Below, piece by piece: positions 28,301 to 35,600 of a stretch of DNA of 62,329 bases. The notes beneath the pieces were generated by a model that was given only the letters and a program-made list of their open reading frames with translations, had not been told where the DNA came from and did no database searches. The DNA comes from a virus. Lineage: Duplodnaviria > Caudoviricetes. The stretch is from positions 1 to 62,329 of the IMG/VR virus record IMGVR_UViG_3300035670_000210; one strand, given 5' to 3'. Both the position numbers and the translations under genes were made by a program. Positions within the stretch are counted from its first letter, which is position 1, and every line of letters starts with the position of its first letter.

Positions 28301-29218
28301 ACCGGCGCTCGGTGCCCTACGACCTGCAAACAAGTCAACGAGCACCTGAATAGTGGCACCGGCTCCGCCTCCGAAGGCAGCTGCTTCACCTGCACCTTCG
28401 AGGATGGCTTGGTCGACGTTGTAACCACGCTCGATAAGGTTCTGTGCGATACCTGCGGCGGCTTCCTGTGCAGCTTCTTCACCGCCAGTGCGTAGCGCAC
28501 TGACAATGCGTTGCCGGAACCCCTGCACAACTTCTTCGCCGAGATCGCCCGTTAGCTTACCCAAAACACGCCGAAGTGGCAGTGCTTCTGTTGCACCTAC
28601 GGCGGCACCGAAACGCGTAGCACGATTACGCTCTTCTTGCGTAGCCCCGGCTGCACGGGCACGTTCACTTGCTTCGCCAGCACCAGCACCGACACCGAGC
28701 GTGCCTGCAGTGAGGAGCCCCGCGATACCAGCACCTGCAGCGCCAATCCCCGCAGCGCCAGCACCATAAGCAGCCGCAGCACCAGCACCGATGAACCCTG
28801 CAATAGAGCCGAAAGTAGAGCCAATTTTGTAGGTAAGGTCTTCTTCATCCCCGAAGCTGGGGCGTAACGCGCTAGCCGCACCTTGGATGCGCTGACGCGC
28901 AGCGAGTTCTTCCTCCTCGTCGAGCAGTGTAGCTGCACCGAGAGCGGCGGTTTCGCCGATACCGACAACACCAGACGCAAAGCCCCCCGTCAGATCGCCG
29001 AAGAACCCCGTTTCTTCTTCTGGCGGTGGGGGCCGCTGCGCTTCCAATTCGGTGAGCCGCGCCTGACGCTCCTCGGTGCGCGCGGCACGGCGCTCACGCA
29101 TCCCCTGCACGGCCATCTGTTGATTGGCGCGCTGTACAATTTCTGCCTGTGACGCGTTTTCAGGAGCTTCTACTTGGATCGTCGAGCCATCCCGAAGCGT
29201 GAGATTATACCGCGCCAT
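22304..29218 (-). CDS. 2304-aa polyvalent ejected virion protein (zincin metallopeptidase + PLxRFG-like domain)
   Basis: HEMTH..EFVAE zincin motif; YFPLTRSGNY; Gly/Ala hydrophobic N-terminal region; last gene of the structural arm. Confidence 0.8.
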   Translation of the reverse strand: MARYNLTLRDGSTIQVEAPENASQAEIVQRANQQMAVQGMRERRAARTEERQARLTELEAQRPPPPEEETGFFGDLTGGFASGVVGIGETAALGAATLLDEEEELAARQRIQGAASALRPSFGDEEDLTYKIGSTFGSIAGFIGAGAAAAYGAGAAGIGAAGAGIAGLLTAGTLGVGAGAGEASERARAAGATQEERNRATRFGAAVGATEALPLRRVLGKLTGDLGEEVVQGFRQRIVSALRTGGEEAAQEAAAGIAQNLIERGYNVDQAILEGAGEAAAFGGGAGATIQVLVDLFAGRRAPSAGAPAPEAEPEPLALPAPEGIAGLITDQRAGQARAAIGQAIDERGGVSLEEMQRLVDQTQVPLPELESVVAEEMGRRGSALAERARGEMEEEAAAPLQIETPARLASAVQAARAGQSAVSADIARNEQEAQAAAREREGLRAAERGDVAAFEQPDLFALQQEQERRRLGPEELRRPDQFMDVEEAAETVTPEQPAAMGDLVEMADQRQRAAQEDADIVDQLAAIEAAEGAQQGQRAALRAESDLETIAGQQETQRQQATEQGRRRILQDVIEKTPSRNYNRVSRLYEDALARAGYKNDKAKATEAELQTIQRAVNVQRAERPDAVSTVAEPIELPPEATQLQEMESRIPERAPREPEQLGLPGVRRRVQQAPTQEAEPTAAPEVVTDEMLDEMGIPPKSGIRNRLRGKDLNDPTTREILTSFANQPRTSQTAELGISRRLEGVPEEQPDLFAPRGARRAVAQPASQQAPARSTSQPALATQQGTPQQLELFSETTRGVTDGTAAPDQQGAGASVRGGGRGVEVGAGGRGRGGGAGAPATPKPRGLGERVARAIRAEESTGTQRPALEEGEEGVTRRAVMPTLGQRPVIDRQTLQPIREERVGPTSRALAPREKISATSAPKVSGDQVTKQLADWYEANVSAPAKRFVKELGLSITSPLTVGDKTSILQELNKKSTKENKASVGALKKYLGAYPDPALGLQDAIDDVVAQTPNFRRTEDMTDGESEFFGATKDGKIPARGKNAAQVVLDWASKNMSEATKRWIAGKTVESKNAMQAVEAFESTDLVAKRRELEKAFEGGFDPTSDADNKRLADVLEKLGIDESDPMVRGLMASGSLFNLSVPPSRLPLSSVVSGLLRNGDLGAALRVLAATSNDPEVVAVAEKLARVVGDTKVEVVKSLDRGAFGRFDSGTNTIQILDGAGLNTHVLLHEMTHAATVATLANKGHPLTRKLQKIFDETREHMPTAYGYESLAEFVAESFSNPKFQRMLSGLRVNGEPLTPFAKIKAAVSNFLRTLIGKPVKPIESALEETSSIIDNILAPAPRNIGTGEIFMLSPRAAGKRVAKAFSNVQKQSKPITEKFAQRFADQTREFLKGTAPDAAKRALLGFYPSQAVADVAQRNGITGAMDLHKLMEEQRGAINKSDQEVEGVLKSVSNWVRAHQDQIDALNRVVYKSTVEQVDPTKPVSAYASDPEKVKAWKAMRADWRALSATGGDKVYTQMRDTYKKQYERMRDVIYGKIDETITDEAARKKLKNEVYARLFSTGTIEPYFPLTRSGNYWVSYVANGEFTVEAFETMAERDRAMDDLKADKTVKNLEKFVNVNNANYSKAPPSSFVGQTLQVLRANKVPDNVQAEIMRLFVEALPETSFAKSLQRRKGTAGYQEDAIFALKTKAFDLGRQVERLRYSAKLRDLQDKIAEDNRPRLTEENKYILDELEARADFARNPPGDSLAQNANRAAFVFTIGFNVSSALVNLSQLPMFVYPMFAGRHGYGATGRAIMNASKLVTSSGFNRKSDMVAPYGDERNIKVRAMPSVDNYFELDGNGDYVLRKDLDLEPELRAQLEELKPLVEMMAARGQLNRSLFADNLGIDSSGRERGVIDTVSAASAFMFHNVEVFNRQVTAISAYQLELARLKKDEPTLSAAEMRTKAAERALYNTQMTNGGSVLETAPRFSQQGIGRVALMYKTYGIQMYYSMFKTIRDALDAHHAGDKVARNEAMRQFAGVMGTSFVLAGVVGMPLARELMQLIDFFFFDDEEDDVETVVRKAIGEGFYKGPLTALLGVDMSSRIGLSGLIFQANRFNHDASLEEDVFHYLGGPAWSVISSYNRGFKDIMNGEVERGVEAMLPAGVRNAYQAAFRFPNDDGIVTRRGDPIMDDLSFGQLAAKFVGFAPAEYTRTQEMNQQTKNVDRAVNTTRTNLLRRYYVATRMGDSDERRSMLERIREFNKRHPTARIDADSLRRSMRQHLETTRSMYNGITISPNMERAQRESREEWNQGFQLFD

Positions 29219-29224
29219 GTGCTA

Positions 29225-30952
29225 TTATTCCTCGTCGATCTGCTCGATACCCGCGACATCTTCCAATGACAGCATAGTAGCGTTTGTACCAGTAAACGAG
29301 AGCAATTCCGCAGCAAGAAGATCGCGCGCCTCGACACCACCCATATCGTCGAAAATTTGTTCCGCACGGATAGCTACACGGGCTTCTTCGGCAGCGATAG
29401 CGGCTTCAATGCGCGCAATCTCGTCCTCGTCCGTAGTTAGAACCAGCTCGTCCTGCAGCCCGGGTAGCTGAGAGTTGTCAACCACAAACTGCCTAACCGC
29501 GGTTTCTTGATCCTGTATCCGGTCAAGCGCTAGTGACACCGCCCCAAAGGCACGAGTATCGTTCTCTGCGGCGGCCAGCGCGTTTGTTGCTTCGTTGCGT
29601 GCGGCTTCAATCTCTAACTCACGCTCGTCCAGCCCAAACTGCTTGTCGTCTTTCAGCCGGGTATAATCCAGCTCTGCACGCCGAATTTCAGCACTGAGCT
29701 CAGCACTGCGCAGAGATGCCGCTGCAGATAGGGCGGCACGCTGGTTAGCCATAGCCTCCGAGTACATAGCCTGCCCAAGACGCAAACCACCCTCAGCAAG
29801 CGCAGTGTCGAGAGTCATGCCGCGCTCAGCCATCTCGAAGACGTCTTTCAGGCGTTCGCGACGTTCAGACTTCTGCGAGCGCCGCAAGTTAAGCGATGCA
29901 AGCGTACCACCTGCCATGGTCGAACCGAAGTTCGTTGTGTTGGCGGTGCCTGCCAAGAACGCCTTGAGCTGATCCCGACGCTCTTCGCGTGGATCATACA
30001 TCTCAGCATCGAGGGCACGCATCTCGGATTCCATATCGGTATACCGCTGCGCTTTCTCTTCCCGGCCAGTGTACTCGTCCGCGATATCAAAGCCACGGAA
30101 CATAGCGCCTTCTGCACCACCAGCTCCACCACTGCGGCTAGCGCTACCTCCTCCGGTCACTGCATCAGCGCCACTACCACCCGCAAGTGCGTCAATGCCT
30201 GCCCCACCAGAAATAGCTTCTGCCGGGGGTGTAGCCGCTGGGGGCTCTGCTTGCGCGCTAAGCAAGGTCGCTACACCGCCGGGCGCTGGTTGTGCACTGC
30301 TCGACATCGAGCCCTGCCCCATAATACCTGTGGCACCAAGAGGCGCAGTTGTGCGCTCTTCTTGGTCGCTGATACGGGCGATGGGTGCGGCGGTCTCGAC
30401 CGGACGCGGGCCAGACTTACGCGAAGTAGCGATACGCTCTGCGATTTGCTCATCTGTTATAGGTGCGCCACCGCGGGCTTCGATAGCTTCACGAACGGCG
30501 TCAATTTCCTCTTGGGTTACTCCGCCTACGTAACCACCGGGCTGAAATGACACGATCCCCCCACCCGCCATGCGAGGCATGGGTTGACCTTGAGGTGCAG
30601 GCTGTGGCGCAGCGGGACGCTGGTTGGTAAGTGCTCCAAGCCCTTGCTGGGCTACCTGCTGCATGTTCTGCTGTTGCTGCGCCTGACGTTGCTGCAAGAC
30701 GCCCTGCGTCTGCTGCATCATCTCTTGTTTCGTCATACCGAGAAGCTCAGCTTCGCGCTGTTGTTTGATAGTCTGAGGCTGTTGCTGCATCTGCAGCTGC
30801 ATGTCGCGCGCAGCGGCTTCTTTCTCGGACTTGAGCTTTTGCAGTGCAAGGAGGTCCACCAGCTGTTGGTTCTGCTGGTACCGCTGCATGAGTTGCTGCG
30901 GGTTGCCCCGATAGGCGTCTACTTTACGCTGGATTTCTTGGTCGATTGCCAT
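29225..30952 (-). CDS. Internal virion/ejection protein
   Basis: Gln-rich helical protein in the ejection cluster; MAGGGIVSFQPGG. Confidence 0.7.
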   Translation of the reverse strand: MAIDQEIQRKVDAYRGNPQQLMQRYQQNQQLVDLLALQKLKSEKEAAARDMQLQMQQQPQTIKQQREAELLGMTKQEMMQQTQGVLQQRQAQQQQNMQQVAQQGLGALTNQRPAAPQPAPQGQPMPRMAGGGIVSFQPGGYVGGVTQEEIDAVREAIEARGGAPITDEQIAERIATSRKSGPRPVETAAPIARISDQEERTTAPLGATGIMGQGSMSSSAQPAPGGVATLLSAQAEPPAATPPAEAISGGAGIDALAGGSGADAVTGGGSASRSGGAGGAEGAMFRGFDIADEYTGREEKAQRYTDMESEMRALDAEMYDPREERRDQLKAFLAGTANTTNFGSTMAGGTLASLNLRRSQKSERRERLKDVFEMAERGMTLDTALAEGGLRLGQAMYSEAMANQRAALSAAASLRSAELSAEIRRAELDYTRLKDDKQFGLDERELEIEAARNEATNALAAAENDTRAFGAVSLALDRIQDQETAVRQFVVDNSQLPGLQDELVLTTDEDEIARIEAAIAAEEARVAIRAEQIFDDMGGVEARDLLAAELLSFTGTNATMLSLEDVAGIEQIDEE

Positions 30953-30963
30953 CGTAGACCCCC

Positions 30964-31833
30964 TTAAGAAGTTGTGCCTGCTGCCGCGGTATTTGTGCCG
31001 CCACCGCCAGTAAGTAGGTCAAACAGTTCTTGAATACCACCAGCACCAGACAGCACCTGCGACAACTGGCTAGGCTGCATATACGAGTAAGATTGCGCTG
31101 CGATTGGAAGCCCCTGCAGGAGAGACTGCATGTACTGCACCTGTTTGTATGGGAAGTCCCGCTCTTCCTCAAACTGTAGTTTATCAGCAGTGATCCCAGC
31201 TTGCTCAATCCCACGCTCGATACCACCAAGCTCGGCTTGTTTGGTAAGCCCAGCAAGGCCGTACGTATTGGCTGCGGTTTGGGCTTCCAGCCCCCGCCCC
31301 TGCTCGGTGTTAAACTGCGCCATGGCCTTGTCGTAGGCGTTTGCGTATCCGGTACCCGTGATACCCGCGAGGTTTGTGAGTAGGTTACGGTTGAGCTCCG
31401 ACTCCATAATAGCCTGCCGAGAGCCACCAAACGCACCGGCCTGAGTCAAGCGCCCCGCGTCTTGGAGTCTCTGGATTTCTCCTTGCCGACGCGCCTCATC
31501 GATCTGCGGCTGTAGCGCAGCCATCAGATACGGGTTCATGTATTGTGAGGCGGTTTCCGCCGTAAAGGTCTGCGGTACAAACGCACCCATCTGATCCGTC
31601 GGGATAGACAGCCCTGCGATACCCTGAAACGCCGCGGTTTCAGCGGCGCTTGGACCAGCTGTGAGTGGTCCGGTGTACGCCTGATATGGCGCGGCTCCGA
31701 GCGCCTGCCCCTTGCCGAGCATGTCTGTGACGTACTGTCCTGCCCAGTTAGATAGGGAGGATTCCGTGCCAGTCTGTTGACCCGCAAGTGGATCAGTAAC
31801 AGTAGTGCCGGTCGCGGTGCTTTCGGTGGCCAT
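30964..31833 (-). CDS. Internal virion/DNA transfer protein (P22 gp7-like position)
   Basis: YMNPY, GAFGGSRQA motifs; Gly-rich C-terminus. Confidence 0.72.
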   Translation of the reverse strand: MATESTATGTTVTDPLAGQQTGTESSLSNWAGQYVTDMLGKGQALGAAPYQAYTGPLTAGPSAAETAAFQGIAGLSIPTDQMGAFVPQTFTAETASQYMNPYLMAALQPQIDEARRQGEIQRLQDAGRLTQAGAFGGSRQAIMESELNRNLLTNLAGITGTGYANAYDKAMAQFNTEQGRGLEAQTAANTYGLAGLTKQAELGGIERGIEQAGITADKLQFEEERDFPYKQVQYMQSLLQGLPIAAQSYSYMQPSQLSQVLSGAGGIQELFDLLTGGGGTNTAAAGTTS

Positions 31834-31841
31834 GACTTACC

Positions 31842-32612
31842 TCACGTCGGCATGAAGGTGGCAGGGTTGATCTGCTTACCTTGTTTCGTTGTACCCGTGC
31901 GTTCCTGCCGCACCCGATCCATCATTCCGTATAGCTGTTTTGCACCGGCGTCAGAATTGCCGTTGCCAAGGTGGCTAACAACATCTGCCGGAATAACAAA
32001 CTCACCATCACTTAAGGCCGCGGGCTGCCGTCCGTCGATTTGCGCAGGGACTTGGTCAGCCATACCATCAGTCGGACCTCCGAGATAGTACCCTTTACCG
32101 GGCAGCGAAGCGAGCCCGCCAGCAGCGTAGCGCGGAGTGAACCCCGCTAGTCCCTCTAGAGACTCCATAACTGGGCGGTCCTCAATAACCCGTGCAGGTG
32201 CACGGGGGGCGGTTGCGGTGCGATCACGACTTAGTTGCGTCGGAGGCGGCGGTGCTGGGCGAGATTGCCGCAATGGATTGGCCACATTAAGCGCCGCGAG
32301 ACCTTGAGCCTGCTCTCGCAGGGCAGGCATGGCGCTTTCAGCTTCTTTAGTAGTAAACGCAGTGTCGGAGAAATACCTCTGGCCACCACTCCCGGGACGC
32401 CGGTCAGCGTCAACGGCTCCCGGCACCTCAGCACGTTCGAACGTGTAGCTTGGTATCTTACCTTGATAGCCCGTGGGCGGAGCCGAGCCACCAAAGAACC
32501 CGGAGTCGGATTTGTTGAGTGCATAGCTGGCACCAAGGGAAAGAAGCGCGCCGAAATCGACGTTGCTGGCTATGTTGGTAAGTGCGTCTACCGTATCCCC
32601 AAAAAAGCTCAT
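31842..32612 (-). CDS. Internal virion protein with tape-measure-like GPTDG..D..PA..LSDGEFVIP motif
   Basis: YAAGG followed by GPTDGMADQVPA..LSDGEFVIPADVV. Confidence 0.72.
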   Translation of the reverse strand: MSFFGDTVDALTNIASNVDFGALLSLGASYALNKSDSGFFGGSAPPTGYQGKIPSYTFERAEVPGAVDADRRPGSGGQRYFSDTAFTTKEAESAMPALREQAQGLAALNVANPLRQSRPAPPPPTQLSRDRTATAPRAPARVIEDRPVMESLEGLAGFTPRYAAGGLASLPGKGYYLGGPTDGMADQVPAQIDGRQPAALSDGEFVIPADVVSHLGNGNSDAGAKQLYGMMDRVRQERTGTTKQGKQINPATFMPT

Positions 32613-35600
32613 TTTAGCTCTCCGATTATGCGTAACAACTTATCAGTTGTACCCTCTACTTGTCCACCCTTAGCGTAGGGACTGGGGAATAGCGAAGACT
32701 GCTGCGGCGTAGCGAAGATACTCTGGAAGTCGTAGAGATAGTTAATCCGCATGGGGTCGGGCGTGCGCACGTCTACACGCTGTCCGGCAACGTCTTGTTG
32801 TTGCCGTACAAAGTCCCCAAAGGCCCTACGACGCGCTGCCTCGTCTTGAGCGGACATCTGTGTCTGCAGCTGGGTAGCGAGCTCAGTTTGGTTCTGAATC
32901 TGCGCTTCAATCTGCTTCTGTGTCTCCGCTTCGGCAGCGAGTTGTGCGGCGAGATTCTGCTCCTGCTGTGCGTAAATCCCCGTAGCAGGTCCAAAGATGG
33001 ACCCCGGTGCGAACGTAACGTCGGTACCTGCAAGAGCTTGCTCAAGCAGGGCAAAGTCGTCCTGAGTAATTTGGCCGTCACCCGTCACGTCGTATTGACG
33101 CTGACTCATGGATAGGTCGGTGATGACTTCTTGCTGTGCGATAAGATCGGCGACAAAATCGACATCCACCTGCGTGACGTCCCGTGCGGGCTTGCCGACT
33201 AGGTCTGCAACAAACTGCAGGTCACCGGTGAACTGCGTACCGAGGCGCTCTTCTGCTGCACCTATTTCTGTTAGCAGTTCTTCTTCGGTCAGCCCGATCT
33301 GCTCTAGCAGGCTTTCTTCTGTGAGGCCAAGCTCCGTAGCCAGATCACCAATAGCAGTGGAAAGCGCCTCGTCGCGCTTAATGCCTGCGGTTTCTAGTTC
33401 GTCTACGCGATCAAGAATCGACGCTTCTACGTCAGTAAGTGTCTCCTTAACACCCGCGACGTCTTCTTTGACATCCGCGACGTCTTCTTTAACGTCTGAG
33501 AGATCGGACGCAACGTTGTCAATTTCTTCTAGCAGGCGCGTTTCAGTTAGACCGAGTTCTTCTAAGAGGGCTTCTTTGGTTGTGTTTAGGTTACCTGCGA
33601 CCTTCTCGATCGCGGCTTTAAGTGCTTCATCCCTAGTCGCACCGGCTTCTAGCTCCGCATATATCCCCGTTGCAGGCTTAGACTCGTCCGCCTCTGTATT
33701 GGGGTCGTCCTCAACTCCGGGAGACCCGAGTATTTGTTTAATTACGTTGAACGTAGCCGTTGGCAGATAATCCCGGACTTCCCCAAGGCGTTTTTCTTCA
33801 TCGAACTGCCCGACAAACCTATCAACGTCCTCCTGCGACACGTCTACAAGTCCCAGCGCTTCATAAGCTGCGCGGATTTCCCCAGCGTCCACGTAGCGGG
33901 GGTCTACGTAGGCATCAATTTCAGCCCGCTGTGTAACTTGGAAGTTTGCGTCGTTTGCCTGCCCTACAAACCGTTTGATTTCTTCTTTTGTAGGGTTGTA
34001 GCCTATGGCGCTAAGAAACTCTTTTGCCTCTGCTTCTGTAACCTGCCGAGGATTCACATACGCGCCGATAGCGCTTGTCTGTGCTTCTTCGGTTTTGGAC
34101 GCCACAAACTGTGCGATTTCTTTGGTGGTTGCCGCATACCCCGTATTAGCAAAGAACTGTGTGGCCTCCGCCAGTGTGGTGGCGAGCGGATCATACTCTG
34201 CACGAGCTGTGGTAAGCGTTTTGCGCTCAAACGTATCGGACGCACTTTGACCGATGTAAGTCTGTGCAAGTGCCTCAGTTAGCGTCAAACCTTCTTCGGC
34301 TGCGATAGCCTGCAGTTCGTCGCGCGTTACCTGCCGGGGGTCGACATACTTAGAGATCACTTCCTTCTGGGTGGTCTCTTTAACTTGCGCAACAAATGCC
34401 GTAACTTGCGCATCTGTGGGGGTATACCCTAGCTCTTCGAAGAACTTACGCGCCTCTTCTTTGGTAACCTGCCGCGGATTAACGTAGGTTTCTACACGGG
34501 TAGGTGCGGTACCCTCAAATTTTTCATCGCCCTGACCAACAAAATCTTTGATCTCTTGGGCAGTCGGTTTGTAGCCGAGGTTTGCGAAAAACTGCGTGGC
34601 TTCAGCAGTTGTAACTTGCCGGGGGTCTACGTACGCTTCTAGCTCTTTAAGGACGTCGGCCTCTTTACCCTCGCGCACGAACTGCGCGATTTGCGCGTCC
34701 GATGGTTTGAATCCCTGCGCAGTAAACGCGGCAGTCGCTTCTTGTTTGGTAACCGCCTGCGGGTCATACTTTTGCTGGATTGAATACAGCGCGGCTTGCG
34801 TGGCATTGGGGTTGTCGGTCTGCGTGACCATATCCTGCGCTTGTGCATCGGTGAGCTTTACACCCTCCGCAGCGGCGGCGGCCTTCACTTCTTCGATATC
34901 GACGTAGCGCTGGTCCACGTAGGTATTAATGTACGTCGTAACATTTTGTCCTGTGGCGTTCAGCACCCCGTTCAGGATATCGGCGTTAGTAACCCGAAAG
35001 TCTGGGTGCGCCGAGAACGCACGGGAGACGTCTCCGTTACTGTGGTATTTAGTGTTTACGGTGCTGAGCAGGTTATTCTGTGCCACCTTGTCAGTCAGAC
35101 CCAGATTTGTCAGCGCGGTTATTGCGGCCTGTGGGTTAGACCCGCCTCTTGCGATCGCGTTACGCACCGCGGCGTTTGTGCGGATAAGTGCGTCTGCGGT
35201 AGCGTATCCGGTGTATATACCGCCCGCCGTACCGGACCCAGCGACAGCGCCGAGAGTGGCTGCTTGCAATACCGATCCAAGAACGTCGCGGTCTGGGTCA
35301 ATCTGTGCCAGCACCGTCTCGGTAAACAGCGTCGGAAGTCCCTCTTCGATAGACTCCTGCACGCCTTCTTTCCAAGTCACACTGGCCCCCTCGGTCACAC
35401 GCCGAGTCAGTAGGTCAAAGGCTTTTGCGGTATCCCCGGAGTCAGTACGCGCTAGGATAGATTTTTCAAACGCGTTACCGTCCATGACTCCCATGCTAAT
35501 AAGCGTTGTCGTAACACCAACCATACCCGCAGAGATGGCCACATCCCGCGCGTAAGCCTCGGCCTCGGCCTCGGACATGCCAGACTGTCTTGCAGTCGTA

